Assembly (NCBI GenBank): GCA_016182295.1
Contig: JACOXP010000008.1
Span: forward strand, 1-47,663
Direction: 5' to 3'
From: Candidatus Harrisonbacteria bacterium
GTDB lineage: Bacteria; Patescibacteriota; Minisyncoccia; UBA6257; WO2-44-18
Length of the DNA: 47,663 nt
Part shown: positions 38,325 to 47,518 of the stretch, piece after piece
Layout of the letters: every line of letters starts with the position of its first letter
How positions within the stretch are numbered: the stretch's first letter is position 1
Translations under genes and position numbers: made by a program
Notes under the pieces: generated by a model
What the model was told of the DNA's origin: nothing
What the model saw: only the letters and a program-made list of their open reading frames with translations
Databases searched by the model: none

Positions 38325-38798
38325 CTATTTATAGTTTAACATACCGCGATTTTTTTGAACGAATCTTTTCACGGCCGCGATCTGCTTATTGTTGGGGTGG
38401 GCCCTGGATCTTTTAATTTTAATCAATTCAACAGCTTTTTCAGCAGAAAGCTTGTTGTTAAGGGCGAGGTAGGCGGCAACCAGGGTAGGGGCCCGGCCAT
38501 GACCATGCTCGCAATGAACATAAATTTTTTCTCCAGATTTCAGGACGTGGTGAATAAAAGCCACGCCTATGGAAAATTGTTTTGGAGTGGGGGGCAGGTG
38601 ATTTTTGACTGGTATCCAAAGGTAAAATTCTGCCCCAAAGGGCGCGTCAATTTTCTTTTCTTCCAAAGAAAGATCGGCATGAATGCCTTTTTTCAGCAGT
38701 GCTTTGTTAAAATGAGTGGTGCAGCAAAGATTAGTGCCGATATATATTTGGGGAGCGATCTTGGAGTATTCAAAAGAAAGTTTATCGTGTTTTTTCAT
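38325..38798 (-). CDS. Dual-specificity protein phosphatase family
   Basis: VHCEHGHGRA (HCx5R). Confidence 0.88.
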   Translation of the reverse strand: MKKHDKLSFEYSKIAPQIYIGTNLCCTTHFNKALLKKGIHADLSLEEKKIDAPFGAEFYLWIPVKNHLPPTPKQFSIGVAFIHHVLKSGEKIYVHCEHGHGRAPTLVAAYLALNNKLSAEKAVELIKIKRSRAHPNNKQIAAVKRFVQKNRGMLNYK

Positions 38799-38815
38799 GA
38801 TACAATAATTATATA

Positions 38816-40255
38816 ATGCTTAAGTTCTTAATCCCAATCGTTATCGGCGCGGTTGTTCTGGTAGGTGGATATTTTCTAATAAATCAGCTTAGACAATACC
38901 AACTTCCGAAAGGGGATACCAAGCGATTGGCCCCTGATTTTACTTTGCGGGATTTCGACGGCAAAGACGTTTCATTAGCCGATTTTCGCGGGCGGCCAAT
39001 AATGATCGATTTTTGGGCGGCTTGGTGCGTTTTTTGCGAAACTGAATTTCCGGAAATTCAAAAAGCTTACGAAAGTTATAAAGACCGCGGTTTAATAGTA
39101 ATCGGTATTCATAGAACAGAAACCGAAAATCCGGATATAGGCTTGCGGTTTGCCGAAAGATTAGGTATTAAATTCGTTTTATTGAAAGACGAAACCGGCG
39201 AAATTTATCAAAAATATGGGCAAGGCGTGCAAGCTATGCCAATGTCCTTTTTTGTCGATAAAGACAACATAATTCAAGAAACTATTTTCGGCCCGAAGGA
39301 TCGCGAAAAGATCATCGCCGGTCTTAAAAAAATTATTGTTGACTATCCCGTCACAACAGGAGAGGGGGATGAGGAACCGGTAATAAGTGAAAGAGAAATT
39401 TTTGTTACGGATGGGTCCAAGCACTCCATACCGCTTGAAGAAATTCTTTCCGGCGGTCCACCAAAAGACGGCATTCCCTCTATTGATAAGCCCAAATTCG
39501 TTTCCGTAAAAGAAGCGAGTGATTTTTTGAAAGAGGATCGTCTGGGCCTGGCCGTCAATTACAAAGGAATTAATAGGTTTTACCCTTATCAAATTTTGGT
39601 TTGGCACGAAATTGTAAATGATATTATTGCCGGTGATCCAATTTTAGCAACCTATTGCCCGCTTTGCGGCACGGGTATTGTTTTTTCTAGAGAAATTAAC
39701 GGTGAGGCGGTGGAATTCGGAGTTTCCGGTCTTTTGCACAATAACAATCTTTTGATGTATGACCGGAAAACGGATAGCTTATGGAGCCAAGTTTTAGGGG
39801 AGGCGGTCGTTGGAGAATTAACCGGTCGCAAACTTCAGATTATTCCAAGCGCCAATGTTTTATGGAGCGATTGGAAGAAACAAAATCCTGGCGGAGAAGT
39901 TTTGTCGCGGGATACTGGATTTATTCGTGATTATGATTACGATCCTTACGGCGGTTATTATTCTGACAGAAGCATTTATTTCCCGGTTGATGTCGAAGAC
40001 GACCGACTCCATCCAAAGACTATAGTGATAGGAATTATAGTAAACAAAATAGCCAAAGCTTATCCAAGCAAAGAAGTAATTAATGAAAAAGTTGTGAACG
40101 ATAAAATTGGCGGGATTGATATAAAAATCGAATTTAACGAAACAACAAAAGAAATTTTAGTAAAAGATATTAATGGAAGGTCGATAGATAAAATCGAGGC
40201 CTTTTGGTTTTCTTGGGTGAACGCTTACCCCGATACGCTTTTATGGAAACCTTAA
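38816..40255 (+). CDS. TlpA-like thioredoxin fused to a DUF3179-like domain
   Basis: APDFTL, FWAAWCVFC; GGPPKDGIPSID, WHEIVND, TYCPLCG, YDRKTDSLWSQ. Confidence 0.85.
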   Translation: MLKFLIPIVIGAVVLVGGYFLINQLRQYQLPKGDTKRLAPDFTLRDFDGKDVSLADFRGRPIMIDFWAAWCVFCETEFPEIQKAYESYKDRGLIVIGIHRTETENPDIGLRFAERLGIKFVLLKDETGEIYQKYGQGVQAMPMSFFVDKDNIIQETIFGPKDREKIIAGLKKIIVDYPVTTGEGDEEPVISEREIFVTDGSKHSIPLEEILSGGPPKDGIPSIDKPKFVSVKEASDFLKEDRLGLAVNYKGINRFYPYQILVWHEIVNDIIAGDPILATYCPLCGTGIVFSREINGEAVEFGVSGLLHNNNLLMYDRKTDSLWSQVLGEAVVGELTGRKLQIIPSANVLWSDWKKQNPGGEVLSRDTGFIRDYDYDPYGGYYSDRSIYFPVDVEDDRLHPKTIVIGIIVNKIAKAYPSKEVINEKVVNDKIGGIDIKIEFNETTKEILVKDINGRSIDKIEAFWFSWVNAYPDTLLWKP

Positions 40256-41004
40256 CTATTGAAACTTTAAGTTTGGTGCCAGCAGCTTTTTTGGCGGGGC
40301 TGCTAACTTTTCTTGCTCCTTGTACCTTGCCGCTGGTGCCGGCCTATCTCGGATTTATCAGCGGTGTTTCGTTGTCGCAGTCAGGAGAGGCCCCGGCCAA
40401 AAGAAAAATTTTAATCAACGCCCTTCTGTACATTCTGGGATTCAGCTTGGTTTTTATTATTTTTGGAGCGTTAGCCGGTTTTGTGGGAGCGGCGCTCGTG
40501 CCTTTCAGAATTTGGCTTACTAGAATCGGAGGCGTTTTAATTATTTTATTCGGCCTTTATCTAATGGGAATCTTGAAAATTCCGCTCTTTCCAGTTAAGC
40601 TTTCGGCCAAACTTTCTTCTCGCGTTAAGAACAAAGGTCCGTTAGCTTCTTTTATTTTTGGTTCGGTTTTTGCAGCCGGTTGGACGCCTTGCGTTGGGCC
40701 GATTGTCGGATCAATTCTACTCCTTGCTTCGACAAGCGCCACTGTTGTAAGTGGTACCTTTCTTTTGGGGATATTTTCTTTGGGTCTCGCCATCCCGTTT
40801 TTCTTAAGCGCCGTGTTCATTTCCCAGATTTCTCGCCTGATGGGTAAAATATCAAAATATTTGCGGTGGATTGAATTTCCTGCTGGCTTGCTTCTGATTA
40901 TTCTTGGCTACCTACTTTTATCGAATAACCTTTACATTCTAATACCGCTGGGGTATAAATTGTTTGAGTTCATTGATTATCAGCGAATTCTTGAATTTCT
41001 ATAA
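40243..41004 (+). CDS. ccdA: CcdA/DsbD-type transmembrane electron transporter
   Basis: FLAPCTLPLVPAY, GWTPCVGP. Confidence 0.9.
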   Translation: METLTIETLSLVPAAFLAGLLTFLAPCTLPLVPAYLGFISGVSLSQSGEAPAKRKILINALLYILGFSLVFIIFGALAGFVGAALVPFRIWLTRIGGVLIILFGLYLMGILKIPLFPVKLSAKLSSRVKNKGPLASFIFGSVFAAGWTPCVGPIVGSILLLASTSATVVSGTFLLGIFSLGLAIPFFLSAVFISQISRLMGKISKYLRWIEFPAGLLLIILGYLLLSNNLYILIPLGYKLFEFIDYQRILEFL

Positions 41005-41006
41005 TT

Positions 41007-41081
41007 GGTCCTATCGTCTAGCCTGGTCTAGGACGCCTCCCTTTCACGGAGGAAACACGGGTTCGAATCCCGTTGGGACTA
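41007..41081 (+). tRNA. tRNA-Glu(TTC)
   Basis: CCTCC-CTTTCAC-GGAGG arm, GGTTCGAATCC. Confidence 0.95.
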
Positions 41082-41084
41082 CAA

Positions 41085-42092
41085 ATGCGTATTTTAGCCA
41101 TTGAGACAAGTTGTGACGAAACCTCCGTCGCTTTAGTCGATTGTAAGGGAACTTTAAAGAACCCCAAGTTTAAGGTTTTAAAAAACCTTGTTTCTTCGCA
41201 AATTAAGGTTCACCGGCCTTTTGGAGGGGTGGTGCCAACTTTGGCAAAAAGAGAACACCAGAAAAATCTACCTAAAATTATCGGGAAAATTGTAAATCGT
41301 AAATTGAAAATAGACGTGATTGCGATTACTGTCGGTCCGGGTCTCGAGCCGGCGCTTTGGGCGGGAATCGAATTCGCCAAAGATCTGGCAAAAAAATTAA
41401 AAAAACCGCTTATCGGCGCCAACCACATGGAGGGACACCTTTATTCAAACTGGTTGGAAAATCCATCCGTGAAATTCCCAGCCGTCGCGCTTGTGGTCAG
41501 CGGGGGCCACACGATTCTCCTCAAGATGGATTCACTGACCAAATGGAAAAAACTTGGAGAGACGCGCGATGACGCGGCCGGCGAAGCGTTTGATAAGGTG
41601 GCGCGGCTTTTGGGTTTGCCATATCCGGGGGGACCGGAAATACAAAAACTCGCTTCCAAAGGAAATCCGGCGGCGGTCAAATTTCCGCGCCCGATGCTCA
41701 CCGACAAAAATTTTGACTTTAGTTTCTCCGGTCTTAAAACTTCAGTTCTTTATTACTTGCGCGCTAACCCATTAGTGGCCAGCAATCATACTCAAGCGGC
41801 TGATATAGCTGCCAGTTTCCAGCAGGCGATTGTGGATGTTTTAGCTGGTAAAACGGTTCGCGCCGCCAGGCGATCCGGCGCCAAATCCGTTCTTTTATGC
41901 GGAGGAGTTTCGGCCAACAAACCTCTGCGCGAGGGTTTGGGATCTCACATTCGGAATTTAGGAATGAAATTTTTTGTGCCTGATTTTGAATACAACACCG
42001 ACAACGCGGCGATGATTGCCGCCGCCGCGTATATTCAAAAACTTCGCGGGAAGAAACTAAAAATCACCGCCCAATCCAACCTTAATTTGTAG
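41085..42092 (+). CDS. tsaD: tRNA t6A threonylcarbamoyltransferase TsaD
   Basis: ILAIETSCDET, NHMEGH, VSGGHT, DDAAGEAFDK, TDNAAMI. Confidence 0.96.
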   Translation: MRILAIETSCDETSVALVDCKGTLKNPKFKVLKNLVSSQIKVHRPFGGVVPTLAKREHQKNLPKIIGKIVNRKLKIDVIAITVGPGLEPALWAGIEFAKDLAKKLKKPLIGANHMEGHLYSNWLENPSVKFPAVALVVSGGHTILLKMDSLTKWKKLGETRDDAAGEAFDKVARLLGLPYPGGPEIQKLASKGNPAAVKFPRPMLTDKNFDFSFSGLKTSVLYYLRANPLVASNHTQAADIAASFQQAIVDVLAGKTVRAARRSGAKSVLLCGGVSANKPLREGLGSHIRNLGMKFFVPDFEYNTDNAAMIAAAAYIQKLRGKKLKITAQSNLNL

Positions 42093-42093
42093 G

Positions 42094-42102
42094 TGTGGAT
42101 AA
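42094..42102 (-). promoter_or_regulatory. Consensus DnaA box
   Basis: TGTGGATAA = reverse complement of TTATCCACA. Confidence 0.55.
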
Positions 42103-42139
42103 CTTGAGTTGCGCGACGGCGTTACCGTGTTATCATCAC

Positions 42140-42278
42140 TATTAGTAAATTCAAAACTAAATATCGAGTTCTCGCATATCGCGAGAAAATAATGCGGACG
42201 AAATGTTCGCAAATGTAAGTCTGTTCCAGTTCTTTCCTTCAACATTTAAGGGCGACCCCAGGTCGCCCTTTTTCTTTT
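42140..42278 (+). ncRNA. Candidate small structured RNA between tsaD and valS
   Basis: TG-T-TATCAT -10; hairpins ttctcgc/gcgagaa and tgcggac/gttcgca; terminator aagggcgacc/ggtcgccctt-tttctttt. Confidence 0.45.
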
Positions 42279-42304
42279 GTCTAAAAATTTATAGAATAAG
42301 TGAG

Positions 42305-44437
42305 ATGAAAGAGCTTCCATCCGCTTACGATCCGAAATCCACCGAAAGCCGAATTTATGAGCTTTGGGAGAAATCGGGATATTTTAACCCTAATAATTTA
42401 AAAAAAACCAAGAAGCCGTTTTCCATTCAGTTGCCGCCGCCCAATGTGACCGGATCGCTTCACATGGGTCACGCCTTAAACGCTACCATCAGCGATATTT
42501 TAATTCGTTGGCACCGAGCGCGAGGATATAAAGCCGTCTGGTTTCCCGGCACTGATCATGCCGGTATCGCCACCCAGAACGTTGTTGAGAAACAACTTAA
42601 GAAGGAAGGCAAAAGTCGTTTTGACCTTGGTAGAGAAAAGTTTATTGAGCGTGTTTGGGAATGGAAAAATCAGTACGGCAACATCATTATCGACCAGCTT
42701 AAAAAACTAGGCGCTTCCTGCGATTGGTCGCGGTTGCGTTTCACCATGGACCCGCAATACGCTGAATGGGTTAAGAGAGCGTTTAGTCATTACTACGAAA
42801 AAGGATTGATTTACCGCGGCAAACGGGTGATCAGCTGGTGCGTTAGATGCCAGACCTCGCTTTCGGATTTGGAAATTGAATACCAACCAGAGAAGGCCAA
42901 GCTCTACTATATAAAGTACCCCGTTGGCGATTCCTACATAACGGTAGCAACTACCAGACCGGAGACAATGCTTGGCGATGCCGCGGTGGCCGTTAACCCA
43001 GAAGACAAACGTTATAAAAATTTCATCGGCAAAAAAGCAACGTTGCCGATTCAGAATCGGGAAATTCCGATTGTCGCCGACGAAGCGGTGGAAATGGAAT
43101 TTGGCACCGGCGCTGTCAAAGTGACGCCGGCTCATGATATGCTGGACGCCGAAATTGGCGAGCGTCACAAACTTCCCCAACGTCAAGTAATAAATGAACG
43201 TGGGAAAATGACCGCCGAGGCCGGAAAAGAATTCGCGGGTTTGAAAGTTTTGGAAGCTCGCGAAAAAGTAATCGAAAAATTAAAAGCCCTCGGCCTGATT
43301 GAAAAAACGGAAGAACTCGATCACAACTTGGCTGTTTGCTATCGCTGCGGCGGCACGATCGAGCCGCTTTTGAGCGATCAATGGTTTTTGAAAATGGGCG
43401 AGCTTGCCAAAAAAACTCTCAAAGCGGTAAAATCTGGAAAAACCAAAATAATTCCCAAGAATTTTGAAAAATTATTATTTCAATGGCTTAATCCGTCAAC
43501 CGGCGAGATAAAAGATTGGTGCATTTCTCGCCAGATTTGGTGGGGACATCGTTTGCCGGTTTGGTTCCATGAACCGAAATGCGTTCCTAAAAAAGGACAT
43601 GAGGGAGACGTCGTTAAGTGCAAAGATATGGTAGTGGCCGCCGAAGCTTCCGTTTGCGAACACTGCGACGCCAAATTTATTCAATCTGAAGATGTTTTGG
43701 ATACCTGGTTTTCTTCGGCGTTGTGGCCCTTCGCCGGTCTTTCTGAAAAAGACCAAAAAGATTTTTATCCTTCAAATGTTTTGATTACCGCCCGTGACAT
43801 TATCAATTTATGGGTGGCGAGGATGATTTTTTCCGGATTGGAATTTAAAGGGAAAGTTCCGTTTCCGGAAGCGCTGATTCACGCGACTATTTTAACCAAA
43901 GAAGGAAAAAGAATGTCTAAGAGCTTAGGAACGGGGATTGACCCGTTGATGCTTATAGACAAGTACGGCGCTGACGCCACCCGTTTCGGCATTGTCTGGC
44001 AGGCGATGGGCAATCAAGATATTCACTGGGATGAGACCGCCGCGCAGGCCGGAAAGAAGTTCGCCAACAAATTATGGAATATAGCCAGATTTATCCAGGG
44101 ACGGACGGAGATTTTTGATAAGACCCCCGAAACAAAAAACCTCGAAGATTTAAATATCTTAAAAAAGCTGAAAGCGCTTCAAAAATCCACGGATAAAAAA
44201 ATTCAGAATTACGAATTCGGGCAAGCGTTGCACGAGATTTATGACTTTGTCTGGCATGACTTGGCCGATAAATACATCGAACACGCCAAATCCCGCGAAG
44301 ATGAAAATGCTAAAATTACTTTAGGGTTCATATTGGGCGAAACGCTGAAACTGCTTCACCCATTTATGCCATTTGTCACCGAAGAGCTTTGGCAGCAAAT
44401 CATTGGCAAAAATTTGCTCTTGGTGAACGGCGAATAA
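42305..44437 (+). CDS. valS: Valine--tRNA ligase, short form without the C-terminal coiled coil
   Basis: PPPNVTGSLHMGHA, GTDHAGIATQ, WCISRQIWWGH, RMSKS; start at MKELPSAYDP. Confidence 0.96.
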   Translation: MKELPSAYDPKSTESRIYELWEKSGYFNPNNLKKTKKPFSIQLPPPNVTGSLHMGHALNATISDILIRWHRARGYKAVWFPGTDHAGIATQNVVEKQLKKEGKSRFDLGREKFIERVWEWKNQYGNIIIDQLKKLGASCDWSRLRFTMDPQYAEWVKRAFSHYYEKGLIYRGKRVISWCVRCQTSLSDLEIEYQPEKAKLYYIKYPVGDSYITVATTRPETMLGDAAVAVNPEDKRYKNFIGKKATLPIQNREIPIVADEAVEMEFGTGAVKVTPAHDMLDAEIGERHKLPQRQVINERGKMTAEAGKEFAGLKVLEAREKVIEKLKALGLIEKTEELDHNLAVCYRCGGTIEPLLSDQWFLKMGELAKKTLKAVKSGKTKIIPKNFEKLLFQWLNPSTGEIKDWCISRQIWWGHRLPVWFHEPKCVPKKGHEGDVVKCKDMVVAAEASVCEHCDAKFIQSEDVLDTWFSSALWPFAGLSEKDQKDFYPSNVLITARDIINLWVARMIFSGLEFKGKVPFPEALIHATILTKEGKRMSKSLGTGIDPLMLIDKYGADATRFGIVWQAMGNQDIHWDETAAQAGKKFANKLWNIARFIQGRTEIFDKTPETKNLEDLNILKKLKALQKSTDKKIQNYEFGQALHEIYDFVWHDLADKYIEHAKSREDENAKITLGFILGETLKLLHPFMPFVTEELWQQIIGKNLLLVNGE

Positions 44438-45123
44438 TGCTTCTGACAAACCTTTTTTTAATCGGTCTCGGACTTCTGCCCGGATTGGTCTGGCTCATTT
44501 TTTATTTGAGGGAAGACACTCGCCATCCCGAACCGCGAAAGCTGATTTTTTACACCTTTCTTGCCGGCGCCTTGGTTACTGTTTTCGTACTTCAGTTTCA
44601 ATATCAAATTCATTTGGGCATCACCTCCGGCGGATTGCATCCTTATGGAATAGTTTCTTTTCTCTTTCTCGCGGTCGTTGAAGAAGTTTTTAAATTTCTG
44701 GCCGTTTATCTGGTGGTCAGTAGAAGAAAAGAATTCGACGAGCCGATCGACGCCATGATTTATATGGTTGTCGCCGCTCTTGGATTTGCCACAGTTGAGA
44801 ATGTCGCTTCGGTTTTCAACGCCGGCGGAGTTTTCCCCAGCCCCGGGCCGATCGAGACCACTATTTTGCGTTTTGTCGGCGCCACCTTGCTTCACACTCT
44901 TTCTTCCGGTTTGGTCGGTTATTATTGGGGAAAAGCTCTGGCGAAGGGAAAGAAGCCCTTAAAAGCTATCGCTGGCGGCCTGTTGTTAGCAACTTTATTG
45001 CATGCCTTTTTCAACTTCCTTATAATTAGATCAGAGCCCATCGCGCTCCCGTTGATCTTCCTTCTCTTTTTCGCGCTGTTTGTCTTAAGCGATTTTGAGA
45101 AGTTGAAGCGCGTTTCACCATAG
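44437..45123 (+). CDS. prsW: PrsW family intramembrane protease
   Basis: HPEP, VEEVFK, GFATVEN, H...HAFFN. Confidence 0.9.
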   Translation: MLLTNLFLIGLGLLPGLVWLIFYLREDTRHPEPRKLIFYTFLAGALVTVFVLQFQYQIHLGITSGGLHPYGIVSFLFLAVVEEVFKFLAVYLVVSRRKEFDEPIDAMIYMVVAALGFATVENVASVFNAGGVFPSPGPIETTILRFVGATLLHTLSSGLVGYYWGKALAKGKKPLKAIAGGLLLATLLHAFFNFLIIRSEPIALPLIFLLFFALFVLSDFEKLKRVSP

Positions 45124-45125
45124 CT

Positions 45126-45605
45126 ATGGAAAATTTAAATTTAGAAAACGAGGAAGAAAAAAAATTAGAAACCGATCAGGGATTCGAGCCCGATGTTGAA
45201 TTAGTCAAATCCGACGGCTCGGCTTTGAAAACCAAAAAACACGACGTCGAAGAAGATTTTTTTGACGACACCGAAGGCCAGCTTATGGTTGATCTTTATC
45301 AAACTCCGGATGAAATAATTTTGGAAACACCGGTAGCGGGAGTGAAGCCGGAGGATCTGGACATCGCCATTACTAATGAATCAGTAACCATTAAGGGAAA
45401 AAGAGAAAAAGAACGGCGCGTGAAAGACGAAGATTATTTTTACCAAGAATGTTATTGGGGCCGTTTTTCCAGATCGATTGTTTTGCCGCAGGAAGTTGAC
45501 GCCGAAAAAGCCGAAGCCGCCATTAAAGCTGGCGTGCTGACTATCAAATTGCCCAAACTCAATCGTCAAAGAACCAAAAAAATCAGGATCCGTTACGAAG
45601 AATAA
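45126..45605 (+). CDS. Hsp20/alpha-crystallin family protein
   Basis: VDLYQT, VAGVKPEDLDI, ECYWGRFSRSIVLP, GVLTIKLPK. Confidence 0.93.
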   Translation: MENLNLENEEEKKLETDQGFEPDVELVKSDGSALKTKKHDVEEDFFDDTEGQLMVDLYQTPDEIILETPVAGVKPEDLDIAITNESVTIKGKREKERRVKDEDYFYQECYWGRFSRSIVLPQEVDAEKAEAAIKAGVLTIKLPKLNRQRTKKIRIRYEE

Positions 45606-45641
45606 AAAATCCCGATTTGTGAAATCGGGAAGCATAGCAGT

Positions 45642-45902
45642 TTAATCACCGCAATGCTTTTCAACTACTGCCTTAATAACGGGGTAATCTTCCGGCTTGT
45701 ACGACGCGGGCACACTGTAATGATAAGTGTTTTTTTTCGGATGATAGGCCAAATCCATAATTGCCAAACCGCGCCAGGCTAGTTCCGTATTGATCTCGGT
45801 TTTTATCATCCTCAGCCTTCTTTCTAACTCAGTTCGTTCCGAGATTTCCATGTCTGGGGTTAGGTTAAAAGATTGTACGATTCTGTGTTCCACTACGGTC
45901 AT
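45642..45902 (-). CDS. Small hypothetical protein
   Basis: AAGGA SD before MTVVEHR; the longer ORF start runs through a palindromic repeat. Confidence 0.6.
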   Translation of the reverse strand: MTVVEHRIVQSFNLTPDMEISERTELERRLRMIKTEINTELAWRGLAIMDLAYHPKKNTYHYSVPASYKPEDYPVIKAVVEKHCGD

Positions 45903-45955
45903 AGACGTTTCCTTAATGGAAGAATCAAAATATGCTATTGCCAAGGTAGCAAATC

Positions 45956-46053
45956 CCCGCTTTCGCGTAAAGCTACGGCGGGCAAAGCCCACGGTTGGTT
46001 ATTGAAAAAGTAGAAGCGCTGTGCCCGTCCGTAGCTCGAAGAGCGAAGGAGGG
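45956..46053. repeat. Pair of inverted REP-like imperfect palindromes
   Basis: cccgctttcgcgtaaagctacggcggg (45956-45982) and, on the minus strand, ccctccttcgctcttcgagctacggacggg (46024-46053). Confidence 0.65.
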
Positions 46054-46096
46054 TCATGGGAAATAAGGATAAAAAATAGCTAGCAATTGCTAGCTA
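46053..46096. repeat. Cassette-boundary unit 1
   Basis: GTCATGGG-aaataa-ggataa-aaaa + hairpin tagctagc/gctagcta. Confidence 0.75.
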
Positions 46097-46426
46097 CGAG
46101 ATGACTTTGACTGGCTCAACTTCAACCCAGTGATAATCAAGAACAGGTGTTGACGGAGGGGTTTTGTGGAGATGTTTACGGAAGTGATGCAACTGAATTT
46201 TTGGCCGTTCTTTGGCGGTAAAAAGAAACATACCCTGAAAAATAAATTTGCTTGGGTGTGCTAGTACGTAATTAAAAGCTTTTTCCAATGCTCCCCGTAA
46301 ATTTCCGGCTTCAACAAGCGGCATTTCCTCCGAGGCCAAATCTAAATAAGAATCGTAACTCTCGCCATCGTACTGGGGTTCTGTCCACTTCAAGTTATAA
46401 AAACGATGACTAGCTTTGAAAATCAT
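46094..46426 (-). CDS. Small hypothetical protein (cassette 1)
   Basis: GAGGGAG SD before MIFKASH; stop codon at the hairpin. Confidence 0.65.
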   Translation of the reverse strand: MIFKASHRFYNLKWTEPQYDGESYDSYLDLASEEMPLVEAGNLRGALEKAFNYVLAHPSKFIFQGMFLFTAKERPKIQLHHFRKHLHKTPPSTPVLDYHWVEVEPVKVIS

Positions 46427-46502
46427 TATTTTACTCCCCTCTGTAAAGGTTCTATTAACAGAATAACTAATCCCTGTGGGATAATCAACAAAGAATAGAA
46501 GT

Positions 46503-46545
46503 GTCATGGGTCATGAGGAATAGAAAAGAGCCGCGTTTGCGGCTC
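46503..46545. repeat. Cassette-boundary unit 2
   Basis: GTCATGGG-tcatga-ggaata-gaaaa + hairpin gagccgc/gcggctc. Confidence 0.75.
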
Positions 46546-46556
46546 GAGCAAGGAGA

Positions 46557-46841
46557 TTATTGGCCGTAGCGACCGGTACCCGTTAGCCATTCAAGGTCAT
46601 CGCGAAGTTTGGCTTCATCTGCTTCTTTCTTGAACTGATCGTTGAATTGCTTGATTTTCTTCTTTGAGACCGGAGGATGAGTGGATGCGTAATTTCTCCG
46701 AAGCTCCTTGGCAGTTGCATCGGATAGATCGTTTACGATGGCATACATTGCATGATCACCGCCTGCGTCGCGATGCTGATTATAGTGTCCTTGCAAGAAA
46801 TTAAGATTCTTCAATTTCGCACAGTGTTGACATTTTGCCAT
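46557..46841 (-). CDS. Small hypothetical protein with N-terminal CxxC (cassette 2)
   Basis: GGAGG SD, TTGACC -35, MAKCQHC. Confidence 0.7.
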   Translation of the reverse strand: MAKCQHCAKLKNLNFLQGHYNQHRDAGGDHAMYAIVNDLSDATAKELRRNYASTHPPVSKKKIKQFNDQFKKEADEAKLRDDLEWLTGTGRYGQ

Positions 46842-46919
46842 GATATACCTCCAGTTGGTTGAAACGATCTATAGAAAAATTAACAGATCCGTGTGTATGG
46901 GTCAATAAGCAACAAAAGT

Positions 46920-46969
46920 GTCATGGGAAATAAGAATAAAAAAAGCCCGACCCATCAAGAATCGGACTT
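46920..46969. repeat. Cassette-boundary unit 3
   Basis: GTCATGGG-aaataa-gaataa-aaa + hairpin aagcccga/tcggactt. Confidence 0.75.
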
Positions 46970-47055
46970 GGCGAAAAAATTATTTTTGGTTTTTCGTTCC
47001 GCATGAAATTTTTCTGGAGCTTGCGATGATAAATCCCTAGTGTTATAATTAAAAA

Positions 47056-47298
47056 ATGGTAAAAGTTACTTTGCCGGAAACTGAATATAAGCAGCTAAAG
47101 CGTCAGGCAGACGCCTATAAAAAAATGGCCACCAAATTATTTGAATTGGCCATTAAAGACCCCGTTGAAAATGTAGTTGAAGATTTTCGTAGAACCGATT
47201 TGTATACACAGGAATTTTTGAAAGATTTGGAATCTGGGCTGCAAAAATCTTCGTATATCAGAAATTATGGAAATAAAACCCCTGCGAAGCGATCTTAA
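47056..47298 (+). CDS. Putative antitoxin (cassette 3)
   Basis: 80 aa, overlaps the downstream toxin; TG-T-TATAAT 6 nt before the ATG. Confidence 0.7.
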   Translation: MVKVTLPETEYKQLKRQADAYKKMATKLFELAIKDPVENVVEDFRRTDLYTQEFLKDLESGLQKSSYIRNYGNKTPAKRS

Positions 47299-47518
47299 AG
47301 CGTTTCTGCTTCGCCGCGGTTTAAAACAAAAGTGGGGGAAAGCTGAACAGTTCTTTAAACGAAGTATTCGCCACCCCTCGTTAAATGTAGAGTTAATGGA
47401 ACCGAAATGGCGGGGCATTTATTCCTTCCGAATAGATAAAAAATATCGAGCATTATTTTTTATTTCAGAAAACGTAGCAGAAGTGTTTCAAATTACAAAG
47501 CATTATCGGAAAAGTTAG
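47267..47518 (+). CDS. RelE/ParE-superfamily toxin (cassette 3)
   Basis: Basic 83 aa; HPSL...GIYSFRIDKKYRALF...ITKHY. Confidence 0.85.
   Translation: MEIKPLRSDLKAFLLRRGLKQKWGKAEQFFKRSIRHPSLNVELMEPKWRGIYSFRIDKKYRALFFISENVAEVFQITKHYRKS

Noticed and set aside
42094..42102. Replication origin
   Set aside because: Only isolated DnaA boxes, no cluster or unwinding element, and no dnaA/dnaN nearby.
42140..42300. T-box riboswitch upstream of valS
   Set aside because: No T-box antiterminator consensus (TGGNACC) is visible, and valS has its own -10 after the terminator.
44380..44437. valS truncated by a frameshift
   Set aside because: The stop overlaps the prsW start (TAATG) and no coiled-coil remnant follows, so it is a natural short form.
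10089..46507. Longest-ORF starts for rmuC, hppA, thrA, tmk, recG, ccdA, tsaD, valS, prsW and several orphans
   Set aside because: The extensions run through terminators, tRNAs or upstream genes; downstream ATGs fit SD/-10 signals and family N-termini.
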